Of a stretch of 64,000 nt of DNA, positions 39,421-53,150 are shown in pieces; positions within the stretch are counted from its first letter, which is position 1; the number at the start of each line of letters is the position of its first letter. This DNA comes from Chiloscyllium plagiosum (Eukaryota). The stretch is from NCBI RefSeq assembly GCF_004010195.1, contig NC_057718.1, positions 71,355,715 through 71,419,714 on the forward strand. The letters run 5' to 3'. The position numbers were made by a program, and so were the translations under genes. The notes beneath the pieces were generated by a model. That model did no database searches and was not told the origin of the DNA. It was given only the letters and a program-made list of their open reading frames with translations.

Positions 39421-40047
39421 CCCAACCAGATTTGCTTCTGAAATGCTTGCCTTCCTGTCCTGTTCACTTGTCTTGCTTCAGTGCTTGATGCTCCAAATGT
39501 TGCACTGCTTGCTGGGAGCAGGGTAGGTGTTGGGAAACTGGGAATTATAGTGCTGGGGATCAGGGCAAGACCTGATGGGATTGGGGTGTGGAGTCTTGCT
39601 AGACGTCTAGATCCGAATGTGAGGAGTTTCTATGAAGATTGGCTTAGGTAGACTTTCTAGGGATTGGCAGAGGAGGATTCTCTTTGGAGGGGGGAGAGAG
39701 TCACAATGATCAAGGGATGGTCTCTATGCAGATTGTTGACTCCCACCTTACTGTATTCCAAGTACTCCTGACTGAGTTTTGGCATTATATTCCAGGTGTA
39801 CCACTGCCAGCTGTGAGGCCTTCAATGGAGTTGACTATGAGCAAGAACAGGCTGTGAGGTACTGCCTACACTGTTCACACTAGCCATGTTCTGTATTCAG
39901 AATGTTTCTGATTCTATGCCAGGAGATACCAGGTTAACCTGGAAAAATGAGAAAAAATGGTGAAACTGTATGCTGGGAACGAGCAGTTGAAGGCTGCATT
40001 CAATGACATTGTGACTCTCAGTAACATTCAAAATCAGAAGAGTCAAA

Positions 40048-40235
40048 GGGGCAGCACGCTGGTGCAGCAGTTAGCACTGCTGCCTCACAGCACCAGGATC
40101 CAAGATTCAATTCCAGCCTCAGGCAACTGTCTGTGGAGTCTGCACGTTCTCCCCATACTGTTAGGTGCATTAGTCAGAGGGGGTGGGTTGGTGTGGACTT
40201 GTTGGCCTGTTGCCACACTGTAGAGAATCTAATCT
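40048..40235 (+). mobile_element. HE1-type SINE, internally deleted
   Basis: gggcagcacgctggtgcagcagttagcactgctgcctcacagcaccagg head; aatctaatct tail. Confidence 0.75.
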
Positions 40236-40274
40236 TTTTAAAAAAAAACTTTAGGCAGGGGTCAGATTCATGCT

Positions 40275-40496
40275 GTGATACATTGTAGAAGATTCAGCAG
40301 GACAGGGCACAGATGTATTCAGCTGGAGGGAAACAGCATCTATTGCATTCAGAATGCTGGATCTATGAAGGCCTTTCTGGAAACATCCCCTCAGTTACTG
40401 GTCATGAATGCGACCTACAAAATCAAAAAGTGTGGCTTCCTTCTGTATTGGCTGATGGTGCAGAATAATGCTAGCAGGACTAGGGCAGTATTATAA
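40275..40496 (+). pseudogene. Possible relic of a Mutator-like (MULE/ZSWIM-type) transposase domain
   Basis: MKAFLETSPQLLVMNATYKIKKCGFLLYWLMVQNNASR resembles the F...PEVL.VDATYK.N..G.PLY..MV.D..G motif. Confidence 0.4.
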
Positions 40497-42859
40497 GAAG
40501 TCAGATATAGTTCTTAGGAGAAATGGGAATCCTGAGCTGGATGATCAGTCATGATCATATTAAATGGTAGAGTCAGCTTGAAGGGCTAACTGGCCTATTT
40601 TCTATGTTTCTATGTTTATGTGGAATGAGGTGACTGATATGCTGGATGAGATTATAGTTTTTCATAGATTTTGTGGGCTCCTGCACCACATCAAGTCATC
40701 ACTCCAGGCATAGACATCAATAAGACAACTGCTGTCAGGAGGAGCCTGAGCAGAGAAACAAGCACAAGTTTGTTTGTTGCCTGTCAGGGGAAATAAAAGC
40801 ACGAATGGAAGAAATTGGGTGGCTACACAGGCCCATGGAGCAATCAGTATCTGTGTAAAAGCTGATATTGAAAGATGGAAATGTAGAAATGCTATTATCA
40901 GGCATTTGACTTTCATGAACAGCAGTAATAATTGTGTCAAGTCTGGGAATGAGAAGATAAAAGAACTGTTTTGGTCCAGCTCACTGATGAAAAAATGTAT
41001 TCTTAAGTGGTTTCCCATTGATGTTTAGATGGATTATGGCCCTACTTGTCACTCCTGTAGGGATTCTCTTTAAAGCATGTTGCTGATCTGCAGGCACTAT
41101 ATTCAGGGTTCATAAGCGACACTTGAGTTGATAGGTGCAGTATAAAATAAACTACAGACAGTAATTATCTAGCAGCAGGATGTCGCATGGTCCAGCCACG
41201 ATAACCAAGCTACCTGTTGCTGTAGTTTTTCCATGCAAACCTCATCATCCTGCATTGATATGCAGAGGCTGTTCTGCTTTCTTTGGAATGACTTGCTCCC
41301 AATAACACTGACACAGAACTTTGCCAACCATTATGCTTACTGCTACCAGAGTGATTAGAGAGGCCCAGTTAAGGCCCCTCAGTGATAGTGAGAAGCACCT
41401 TGTATTTTGAGGAAAGTTCAAGCGATGTTGCATGTTATCATGCCGAATCTTTCTGGAGATGTGGACTGACCTGAGAGTCAGATTCAATGCTAGCTGCAAA
41501 AGTCATGGGACAGCGTGGAAGCCCTCAATGAAGTATTGGATTGAGCATTGTCAATGTGATTGCCAAGAGGCTACTTTGCAGGGATTTAGTACTGAGGTTG
41601 CAGCTGATGATAGTCTTCCTGTAAGAGTAGACAAATTTCAGGAGAGTTTCAGAGATAAAGAGATCCCTTTATCCGGCCTGCTGATCTGGTAGAGATTGTA
41701 AAGTTTAGCCTGTACTTGAGCAGACCTTTACTTGGTACCTCATCATATGGGCAGACCATCTCACTGGTCCAACAATGAGCACTGTCACATAACCATCTGC
41801 TGCCTCATGAAATCTGTATGCAGAGCATTCGTACCTGTCAGCTATGTATCATATGGTGAGGGAGGCCAAAGGGAATTATGCACCTGGTCACCATTCAGCA
41901 TGGTGAGGCAGCATGCAATGTGAAGAAGATGGGCTTTGGCCAGTTACATCATGAACAGGAATGCTTTAGCTGATTCCACCATTGGTTTAGTGGAAGTTTA
42001 TCCATACTTTCCTACTGTTTTGGATCCTGTCTCTGCATTTCCCTATGATTCTCTTCTGAAGTACTTTATGCCTATGATGCTCAGCTTCCTGTTACACAGA
42101 GCTGCATTGCTGACAGGAAGTTTGCCAGGTCCACCGCCAGAGAAGACGGTGATCATCGAGGGAGTAGTGGGGTTGAAGGAGCATCAAAGATTAGGGAGAC
42201 ATGGAGCCAGCTGTGATAATGAGACAGATGTAGAAGGAGTAGTGAGAATAAGTCTCACAAACTTTAAAGTAAATTATGCTATCGTCACAAAGCAGTCACT
42301 ATTAGCAAACTACCTGATACAAGTGGAGCATCAGATCCAATCATTTGGGCTTGCTCTGCAGTAGCCACTTGGATCCATGCTGTTGCATTACTGGACTAGT
42401 GACTCCCAGATGCAGTTGAAGACATTTACCCCGAAGCTATTAACTGGGGCAGAACTTCCAGATGTAAGCCATACCAACTGCAGTACTTGGCTGTCTCCTA
42501 CAAACTGTGCCAATGCAGCACACATGCACATCTTGTTCTGGAGAGTACCAAATGGGTCTTCCTCAGTGCCAAGACAACATTTCAGCAGCATCTGAAATCA
42601 TTAATATCTCGCTGAAATTCTCCCATGGTTTAATTCTTCTTTGTCTTTACAGGCAACGTAAATTTCCACTATCTAACCCTGGGAGCATGAATTGTAAGAA
42701 GACTAATGAAATAACTCTTCAGAGGCTGGCGTCCCATCATCAACCATTCTCTATTCACAAATGTTAAGCCTTTGACAGGAACATTGCCTCTCACTGAATC
42801 AGGCATTCAGAGGCCAATATCCTTGACATTCATTCTTTTTTTTCAAATGTGACATTCAT

Positions 42860-45511
42860 TCTTTTTTTTTCCCCCCAGCACCCATGGTGTGTGCGCAGGT
42901 GTGAGACACAGTGAAAGACACAAAGTGCACCAATCTTTATTCAATTTCCACCACCAGAAAGATAGGAAAACACCCGGGTGGCCAGTGACAAACACTGCCC
43001 TTCACATCAAAGGGCAGTGCTGTGTGATCAAAACAGTGAAGGGGAGGGTAGGGACTAAATCAAAATAGAATTGGACGGAGAAATGATGCACTCCACTCCC
43101 TGCCGCGCCCACCTCTCCCTGNNNNNNNNNNNNNNNNNNNNNNNNNNNNNNNNNNNNNNNNNNNNNNNNNNNNNNNNNNNNNNNNNNNNNNNNNNNNNNN
43201 NNNNNNNNNNNNNNNNNNNNNNNNNNNNNNNNNNNNNNNNNNNNNNNNNNNNNNNNNNNNNNNNNNNNNNNNNNNNNNNNNNNNNNNNNNNNNNNNNNNN
43301 NNNNNNNNNNNNNNNNNNNNNNNNNNNNNNNNNNNNNNNNNNNNNNNNNNNNNNNNNNNNNNNNNNNNNNNNNNNNNNNNNNNNNNNNNNNNNNNNNNNN
43401 NNNNNNNNNNNNNNNNNNNNNNNNNNNNNNNNNNNNNNNNNNNNNNNNNNNNNNNNNNNNNNNNNNNNNNNNNNNNNNNNNNNNNNNNNNNNNNNNNNNN
43501 NNNNNNNNNNNNNNNNNNNNNNNNNNNNNNNNNNNNNNNNNNNNNNNNNNNNNNNNNNNNNNNNNNNNNNNNNNNNNNNNNNNNNNNNNNNNNNNNNNNN
43601 NNNNNNNNNNNNNNNNNNNNNNNNNNNNNNNNNNNNNNNNNNNNNNNNNNNNNNNNNNNNNNNNNNNNNNNNNNNNNNNNNNNNNNNNNNNNNNNNNNNN
43701 NNNNNNNNNNNNNNNNNNNNNNNNNNNNNNNNNNNNNNNNNNNNNNNNNNNNNNNNNNNNNNNNNNNNNNNNNNNNNNNNNNNNNNNNNNNNNNNNNNNN
43801 NNNNNNNNNNNNNNNNNNNNNNNNNNNNNNNNNNNNNNNNNNNNNNNNNNNNNNNNNNNNNNNNNNNNNNNNNNNNNNNNNNNNNNNNNNNNNNNNNNNN
43901 NNNNNNNNNNNNNNNCATGGTGTGTGTGTGTGCAGGTGTGAGACACAGTGAAAGACACGAAGTGCACGAATCTTTAATCCCCGGGTTATTTTTTTTTCTT
44001 TTTTTTCTTTCTTTTTTTTATAAAAATAGAGTTGGAACACTCCTTTTTTCTTTTTTTTTCTTCTTTGTGTGTGTGTGCAGGTGTGAGACACAGTGAAAGA
44101 CACGAAGTGCACGAATCTTTAATCCCCGGGTTATTTTTTTTTCTTTTTTTTCTTTCTTTTTTTTATAAAAATAGAGTTGGAACACTCCTTTTTTCTTTTT
44201 TTTTCTTCTTTGTGTGTGTGTGCAGGTGTGAGACACAGTGAAAGACACGAAGTGCACGAATCTTTAATCCCCGGGTTATTTTTTTTTCTTTTTTTTCTTT
44301 CTTTTTTTTATAAAAATAGAGTTGGAACACTCCTTTTTTCTTTTTTTTTCTTCTTTGTGTGTGTGTGCAGGTGTGAGACACAGTGAAAGACACGAAGTGC
44401 ACGAATCTTTAATCCCCGGGTTATTTTTTTTTCTTTTTTTTCTTTCTTTTTTTTTAAAAAATACAGTTGGAACACTCCTTTTTTCTTTTTTTTTCTTCTT
44501 TGTGTGTGTGTGCAGGTGTGAGACACAGTGGAAGACACAAAGTGTACCAATCTTTATTCAATTTCCACCACCAGGAATATGGGAAAACACCCGGGTGGCC
44601 AGTGACAAACACTGCCCTTTACATCAAAGGGCAGTGCTGTGTGATCAAAACAGTGAAGGGGAGGGTAGGGACTAAATCAAAATGGAGTTGGAGGGAGAAA
44701 TGATGCACTCCACTCCCTGCGGCGCCCACCTCTCCCTGAACAACTCCAGGGTGTTGGTCGACGCCGCGTGCTCCTTCTCCAAGGACACCCGGGCTCTAAC
44801 GTAACCGCGGAAGAGGGGCAGGCAGTCGGCCCTAACGACCCCCTCCACGGCCCGCTGCCTGGACCTGTTGATGGCCAGTTTGGCCAGGCCCAGGAGCAGG
44901 CCCACGAGGAGGTCTTCAGACCTGCCCTCCTTCCTCCGTACCGGGTGCCCAAAGATCAGGAGCGTGGGACTGAAGTGCAGCCAAAAGCAGAGGAGGAGGT
45001 TTTTGAGAAAATCAAAAAGGGAGTGCAAACGCCCACACCCAATATACACGTGGTCCACGGACTCCACAGCGCCACAGAACAAGCAGTTGGGCTGGGAGTC
45101 CGTGAACCACCGCAATCTGCGGTTGCAGGGGACTGCTGCGTGCAGCACCCTCCACCCCAGATCCCCGAGAGAAAGGGGGAGGACTCCCGTGTAGAGAGCC
45201 CTCCACTGGGGATCCCCACCGCCCGGTGGCAAGTGGGCACGCCAAGGCGTGTCCGGTCGGTGGATGAGGGAGAAGAGGTGGACGGTGTGCAGCAGCAGTC
45301 TGTACAGGGCTCTCCTGTTCACCTCCCTAAACGAAACAAAGTTAAAATTTCGGAGGCGGCTCAGGTTGTGGGGCACAGGCTCCCGCGGGAAGTACGGGAC
45401 CTTGGGGCCAATGTGAAATTCCGTCCGGGCTGGGGTGAGCACGGACGGGATCCCACCGCACACCTGAGCGTCCTCCAACTGGTGCACTACTAATTGCTGC
45501 AACACCACGCT
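42860..45511 (-). mobile_element. Tx1-clade LINE 3' portions (two 3' ends, gap between)
   Basis: ORF 44672-45553: DTPWR..GDLGWRVLHAAV..CLFCGAVESVDHVYIGC..LLLGLAKLAI, typical Tx1 ORF2 C-terminus; same 3' UTR at 42880-43121 and 44502-44740. Confidence 0.8.
43921..44560. repeat. 145-bp tandem repeat (~4.4 near-identical copies) built from the Tx1 3' tail
   Basis: Unit tgtgtgtgcaggtgtgagacacagtgaaagacacgaagtgcacgaatctttaatccccggg..T-rich..gttggaacactcc repeats with period 145. Confidence 0.9.
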
Positions 45512-46729
45512 AGGGGTGGTAACTTGAGACCAACTACCGAGAAGAGAAGACACCTCGGGACCATCAGGGGAAGATCAGTTGACCATTACCACATGGATCA
45601 AGGCCAAGCTCTAGTGTGATGGTATATGATCATCCAGAGTTAAGTTAAAGAACAAGATGGTTGATTAGATTTGTAATGCAAGTTGTTAGTTTATAATGTA
45701 TTTTGCTATTATAATTTAAATTGTGTTAAATAAGTATTTTTGTTTATTATCATTGAGAGTTTACATGCAGTTTCTTTGCTGGATATGAGACTTAAAACAC
45801 ACTGTGTGGCAGGTGCAAAACGTTGGTAACCCAGCTGATACCTCAAATAAGCGGTGACTTTGTTGCTGTGAGATCAGCCCGTGGAACTTAATATTCCTTG
45901 AGATTTCGCCTGAGCAAGTTTTTAAGCAGACAGCTGACCCACACAAAGGCCAGGAATTCAAGTAAATCAAAGGGACTAGAAAGGTCTAAACTGAACTGTT
46001 CTTTAAAAAATAAAGCCAACAGTTGTTTACTCCTGATCAAGCAAATGACTGTTTCTTTTGTGTGTGTGTGTGGGATTCTTGGGATTAGGACTGGAACACG
46101 GCGAAAGCCATACCTTCAGTCTGATCCACCTCCTATACCCCGCAATTTATTTGAAAACAGCAGAGAAAGGCACTGGTGTAGAGGATCGTGTCATATGGGA
46201 AATGAAACTGAGGCTATATATTAGTAAGAAAAAGTGGCTCATATGGGCATAATTCTGTTGCAACAATGAAACGAGACCAGAATCCCTACGGCAGAAATAT
46301 TGGGATGATTTTAGGAGAACTCAGTGGAAGAGGGCTTCCAAATTTGAGCAGGTCACCGCAATAATGTGGTGTCTAAGACAAATATTAAGGACACAGCAAA
46401 CCATCCGTGAGGAACTACAGGATGCCAAAAAGGAAATCATGTCGTTAAAGCTGAAAAATGCAGCTCAAGAGCAGAGAAATCAGGCAGATGGGGCAATTCC
46501 AAACCCAGTGTGAAAGAGCATTCCAAGATACCCAGCATGCAGTGTCAGCTAAAGAGGTTTTTGAGAATGAAGTAAGGCAATTGAAAAATAGATGTGCAGA
46601 TTTGAAAGCAGCAATCGAAGTAATACACCAGGCTGATAGTGAGGTCTGCGGCTGCCTGTTTTTCTCCTTAAGTGCCTGCCAGAGATCGAGAAATTAAAAG
46701 CCCAACTCTCAGTCTACAATTAAATAATA

Positions 46730-46852
46730 AAGTTAAAAATCACACAACACCAGGTTATAGTCCAACAGATTTAATTGGAAGCACACTAGCTTTAACCTGG
46801 TGTTGTGATTTTTAACTTTGTACACCCCAGTCCAACACCGGCATCTCCGAAT
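46730..46852. mobile_element. Short inverted Penelope-derived insertion in ERV gag
   Basis: 13-bp TSD CAATTAAATAATA; inverted arms aaagttaaaaatcacacaacaccaggtta / taacctggtgttgtgatttttaacttt. Confidence 0.75.
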
Positions 46853-48760
46853 CAATTAAATAATATGCACTTATGGAGAAGTTAGAGAGGAACAAGACAA
46901 CAGATAGACTGAGATGAACTCAGGGAAGACACGCAACAGTATGTCATGTGCACAGCAGATTGGGGTTCACCCCCACCCTTCCCAGAGGAGTCATCTACTT
47001 CAGCATCCCTGGGGACATCCCCTGTTGTAATGAACCCAATTACCACTGAAAGACGGGTCACGGAGGCCAAGGCTCCAGTAATCACATACACCACCCCATT
47101 TATGGTGGCACAGTTTGCAGAAACCTTGAAAAAGATTCCTGATTTTGAATCATTGGCAGATCCATTTACATTCTTTGAAAGGGTCAGGCAGCAGAAGGGT
47201 TTACGTGGGTCAGATGAGAGAGAGGAAGTAACATTCATCGTAATGCGTCTGAGCCAGTCAGTGCAGTCTGCAGTCACGGTCCTACTAAATGTAAGGCTTG
47301 GAACCCTCATCAATATGAAAAAGGCGATCCTAACAGGAATTGGTTAGAATAAGGCAGATCCATGGACGGGTTAAACAAGTTCAGACAAAAGAGGGAACAC
47401 CTGACTGCCTTTGCCAGTCGTTTATGGGTGTATTTTACAGGACTCTACAAAAGCTTAGACAGGGGTATGTTATCTGAGGCTGACTCAGCTAAGTGGGCTA
47501 GAAATTTAGTTTCCCATGCCATCGAGGAGAGCAGGAAGACATGTATGAATTTCGATCCTACAGAGCCAAGCCACAAGGTTGAAGCCCCGCAAGTGAAGTA
47601 CTTCACAGTACTTGATGTTGGTAATAGTTTCTGGTCCATACCCTTAAATTGGTCCTTCCAGTAAAAATGCATATTTATCTTCAAGGAACCACAGTATACC
47701 TGAACTTGTCCACCACAAGGAATTCATAACTCACCCTTGATTTTTCACAGATGGTTGGCAAGGGACTGGAAAGGTTATTTTGACCAATACAATATGTAGG
47801 TGACTTACTCCTACAAACAGAAACAAAGCATATTCAGCTCCTAGATAAATTACTCGATCTGTTACACAGGCTAGGATGTAAAATAAATCCAAAGAAGGTG
47901 CAAATTCTACAGCCTAGGGTTACAAACTTGGCAACAATAGTCACCCATGGGAAAAAGGAAATAGACCAAAAGTGAGTAGAGACCATACTCCCACTCCCCC
48001 AAGATGTTAGTGTGTTCCAATCTTTCCAAGGTCTAGTGGAATACTGCCAGAACCACAGTGATGGGTTCACTAGCAAAGCAGCCCAACTCTCATAGTTGCT
48101 GAAAAAGAATGCTGCCTGGAATTGGACAGCCCAACAGAGCAGAAAACTGCTTTAAAACACGCCTTTGCAACAGCACAAGCCTTACTAGTTCCCAACCCTG
48201 ACTTACCATATGCCCTAGAAGTGGTAGCCACAGACCAGACGATAGCTGCTGTTATACTACAAGAGCAGCACGGTAAGTAAGGCCAGTGGCCTATGCCTTC
48301 AGGGTTCTGCAGCCCGTGGAACAAAGGTTTTCCATGTGTGAACAACACTTCCTCACAGTCTTTTGAATAGTCCAGTACTTCAACTTTATCACTGGTTTAA
48401 ACCTACTGACCATACTAATTGAACACACTTCAATACAGCTTCTGTTGGATGGTCAAATCAAAGATGGCTCAGTAAGCCAGATTTGAGCTGCATGATAGAC
48501 TCTACTACTTCAAGGATGGGACATCACAGTCAAATGCACCAAGGTGGCCACCTTCCTAGCCGATCACCTAAATTATGGAGGAAACCCATATGACTGGCCC
48601 TAAACAGCAAGAAAAATGGTTAAGAATGAGTCAAAAAGATAACCATAGCTGGCAGACTTTATGTAGATGGATTCTCCACTGTGGAGGATGGCAGTCAGAT
48701 CACTGGCTGTGGGATATACATGACCGAGACTCAAGGACAGCCACTAGCTGAACTAGTTTT

Positions 48761-51700
48761 GTTTTATATAGATATTTTTATTAGAAATTTAACATTTTTA
48801 CAAGTTTACAAAAATAAACAAAACTCTCAAATATAAACATTGATATACAATTAAATCAAATATACAATAGCCAAAATTTAACAAAAGAATAAAAAAAATT
48901 TAAAAAAAAGAAAAAAAAAACTCAACTATCTACTAATCTAACCTACAACTAACCAGAGTGTATATTTAAGTCTCTTACATGCTCGGAATGTGTTAACATC
49001 AAATGTAATAAAACCCTATTTGTGCGGGATTCCTCTCCTAAGGGGCCCCAGACCAGCCAGGTTTGTAATCTCAATTAAATAAAAGCCCTTGTTAGGATAG
49101 CTGAGATATCTGTATTTATATAATTCAAAAAGGGCTGCCATATTTTATAAAATAATTCAGTCTTTCGGTGCACCATATTTGTAAGGAAGTCAAGGGGAAT
49201 ACATTCCATAATTAATCTGTGCCAATTTGAAAGTCCAGGGGGACCCTCAGCCACCCAGTTCATCAAAATATTTTTCCTTGCACAGAAAGAAAGAATAGAA
49301 AATAGTCTCTTCCCGTATGTGTCCAGGGAGGGAAAGTTCAAAAAGCCCAAGAGGAGAGATACAGGGTCCACTTTAATTTCCGTTTAATCTGTGCCAATTT
49401 GAAAGTCCAGGGGGACCCTCAGCCACCCAGTTCATCAAAATATTTTTCCTTGCACAGAAAGAAAGAATAGAAAATAGTCTCTTCCCGTACGTGTCCAGGG
49501 AGGGAAAGTTCAAAAAGCCCAAGAGGAGAGATACAGGGTCCACTTTAATTTCCGTTCCTAAAATTTCTGTCAGGGTACTTGCTACTTTAGTCCAATATCC
49601 ACGGATCTTATGACAGGTCCATAAGCAATGTACAAGAGTGCCCACCTCTATTTTGCATTTAGGACACATTGGAGATGCTCCTGCCTTAAATTTTGCCAAT
49701 CGAACCGGTGCTATATGGGCCCTATGAAATATTTTCAGCTGGATAGCCTGGGTTCTGTTACAAATAGTAATTCTTCTAGCATTTTCCCAGATATCATCCC
49801 ACGTTTCTGTGGAGATTTCTAGTCCCAGATCCTGATCCCATGTTTTAAGCAGATAATCCATATCTCCCGATACTTCATCATGTAATAAATGATAAATATT
49901 ACTGACGGAAGATACCCCCACTGGTCGTAGGACACTACATTCTCTATCGGATTTATAAAGACTATCTAATAACGTAGTCTTCTTCTGTATAAAATCTCGA
50001 ATTTGGAAGTATCGAAAGAGGTCTCCATTGGGTAATCCGAATTTCTGACGCAGCTATCCGAAAGACATCAGGACCCCATTTTTAAATAAACCCCCGAGAC
50101 ATGAGATACCCCTGGATCTCCAGAGTTTAAAAGTGGCATCTGTTAACCCCGGTTGGAATCCCCATGCTCCCACTATCGGTGCATAGGGGGATGTTTTATG
50201 TGAATTACCCTCATTTTGCCGCATTATATTCCAAGCCTTGATTGTATTCAGTATTATAGGGTTTTTACAGTGATCTGTAATGATTTTCCTCTTGTCTGAG
50301 AATAAAAGGTTAATAAGTGGGTATTTTACTTGACAAGCCTCGATGTCCAACCAGATTGAATGTGGATCAGACAAGACCCAATCAGCTATATAACTTAATA
50401 GGGAACTTAATTGATATTTCCTAAAATCTGGGAAATCCAATCCNNNNNNNNNNNNNNNNNNNNNNNNNNNNNNNNNNNNNNNNNNNNNNNNNNNNNNNNN
50501 NNNNNNNNNNNNNNNNNNNNNNNNNNNNNNNNNNNNNNNNNNNNNNNNNNNNNNNNNNNNNNNNNNNNNNNNNNNNNNNNNNNNNNNNNNNNNNNNNNNN
50601 NNNNNNNNNNNNNNNNNNNNNNNNNNNNNNNNNNNNNNNNNNNNNNNNNNNNNNNNNNNNNNNNNNNNNNNNNNNNNNNNNNNNNNNNNNNNNNNNNNNN
50701 NNNNNNNNNNNNNNNNNNNNNNNNNNNNNNNNNNNNNNNNNNNNNNNNNNNNNNNNNNNNNNNNNNNNNNNNNNNNNNNNNNNNNNNNNNNNNNNNNNNN
50801 NNNNNNNNNNNNNNNNNNNNNNNNNNNNNNNNNNNNNNNNNNNNNNNNNNNNNNNNNNNNNNNNNNNNNNNNNNNNNNNNNNNNNNNNNNNNNNNNNNNN
50901 NNNNNNNNNNGGCAGCCCCTACCCACACTGAAGCTATCCGAACCTAATCCATTGGTAACCATAACTGCTTTGGGATCACTATACAATGTTGAGACCCATT
51001 TGGTAAACACCTGTCCAACGCCAAACCTTTCCAATGTGTAAAACAAATATGACCATTCAAACCTATCAAATGCCTTTTCCACGTCTAATGAAACTACTAT
51101 TCTTGGTATCTTTCCCTGATGACAGGCTTAAATCATATTCAAAACCCTCCTAATATTATTGGATGATCTACGGCCCTTAATAAACCCCGTCTGATCCTCC
51201 TTTATAATATGTGGCAGTACCCTTTCTAGTCTCAGTGCTAACGTTTTAGAAAGGATTTTAAAATCTACATTTAGCAAGGATATTGGTCTATATGATGTAC
51301 AATCTTCTGGATCCTTTCCTTTTTTAAGGATAAGAGAGATATTTGCCTCTTTCAGCGAAGGCAGGAGATAGCCCTGACTATATGCATAGTTATACATGTC
51401 CATAATTGGACCAGCCAATATTTCTGTAAATTCTTTATAGAATTCAGCTTGAAAACCATTTGGGCCTGGTGCCTTACCGCTCTGAAGTTGCCTAATTGCA
51501 TCAAGTATTTCTTGGACTGTTAGAGGAGCATTTAGGACCGATACTTGTTCCGGAGTTAGGCCTGGAAAGGTCAAATTTTTAAAAAATGACTGCATCTTCC
51601 TCGTCCTATCTTCACAATCCTGCGATTTATATAACTGAGAATAAAATTCTCTAAAGATCGCATTAATCTTTTTATGATCATGAATCAGAATGCCCGTACT

Positions 51701-53115
51701 TTCCTTGATAGATGTAATAATCTGAGGGGCCTTTTTTTTCTTTGCAAGAAATGCTAAGTATCTACCCGGTTTGTCTCCAAATTCATATAACCTTTGTTTT
51801 GCAAATAATATTTCCCTCTTAGCCGTTTGAGTAAGCGTAGTGTTTAGAGCTGTCCCAAAAGCCGTAATCCTTTGCAATTTAATAATAGAAGGTTTATCAG
51901 TGTATGCTGTTTCAGCTGCTTTTAAGCGAGCTTCAAGCAGACGCTGTTGTTCTCCCTTCAATTTCTTCTGAGTCGCTGAGTAGGAGATGATCAAACCTCG
52001 CGTGTAAGCTTTGATGGTCTCCCACATCATTGATAGGTTGCTAGCTGTATCTGAATTAATTTCTAAAAAAGTTTTAAATTCTTGAGAGAAGTACTTTACA
52101 AATTTACTATCTTTCATTTGGAAAGGGTCCATACGCCAATGCCGAGGGGATGTCCCATTGTTCCTCGCCTTAGTTTCCATATATACAGCAGCGTGGTCGG
52201 AAATTGCTATACTACCTATTTTACAGGATGATGTAGAATTTTAAAAAAATCAAGGGGGCAAAAAACATATCAATTCTGGTATGAAATTTATGTGGATTGG
52301 AGTAAAAAGAAAAATCTCTGCCCTGTGGCAGAGATCTCCATACATCTACTAATCCTAATTCTTTGTTCAGATCCATCAATTGTCTAGATCTGGGAGATAC
52401 CCCTGCAGTATTCTTGGGAATCCTATCTATTTCCGGATCCATAATACAATTAAAGTCTCCCCCTATAATTGTATGACGGGCACCAAAAGCCATCAATTTT
52501 GAAAAGTCTTCCGTTATAAATTTAAAGGGGTGTGCTGGGGGGGGGCAGTACAATTTTAAAATCCCATATTCCTCTCCATTTATGAGGGCTTTAATCAAAA
52601 TATATCGTCCAGATTCGTCTTTTATCTGCTTTAGGATTTTGAAAGGGAAATTCTTCCGAACAAGAATAACAACTCCCCTGCCTTTTGAGCTAAAAGAAGA
52701 AAAAAAAAGGCCTGATCAAATCCNNNNNNNNNNNNNNNNNNNNNNNNNNNNNNNNNNNNNNNNNNNNNNNNNNNNNNNNNNNNNNNNNNNNNNNNNNNNN
52801 NNNNNNNNNNNNNNNNNNNNNNNNNNNNNNNNNNNNNNNNNNNNNNNNNNNNNNNNNNNNNNNNNNNNNNNNNNNNNNNNNNNNNNNNNNNNNNNNNNNN
52901 NNNNNNNNNNNNNNNNNNNNNNNNNNNNNNNNNNNNNNNNNNNNNNNNNNNNNNNNNNNNNNNNNNNNNNNNNNNNNNNNNNNNNNNNNNNNNNNNNNNN
53001 NNNNNNNNNNNNNNNNNAGACAGAGGTAAAATTGAATAAGGTAACCACCTCCCCCCACCAACATTAACCAAACCCCCCAGTTTATTTTTATATATATAGA
53101 CATACATATATACAC

Positions 53116-53150
<35 letters not shown>

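Noticed and set aside
43002..44112. Long 287-350 aa ORFs (also around 35641-36191, 50407-50947, 52582-53320)
   Set aside because: Artefacts of translating through N gaps
43921..44560. Regularly spaced repeats as a CRISPR-like array
   Set aside because: Whole 145-bp units repeat with no unique spacers; eukaryotic LINE-tail context
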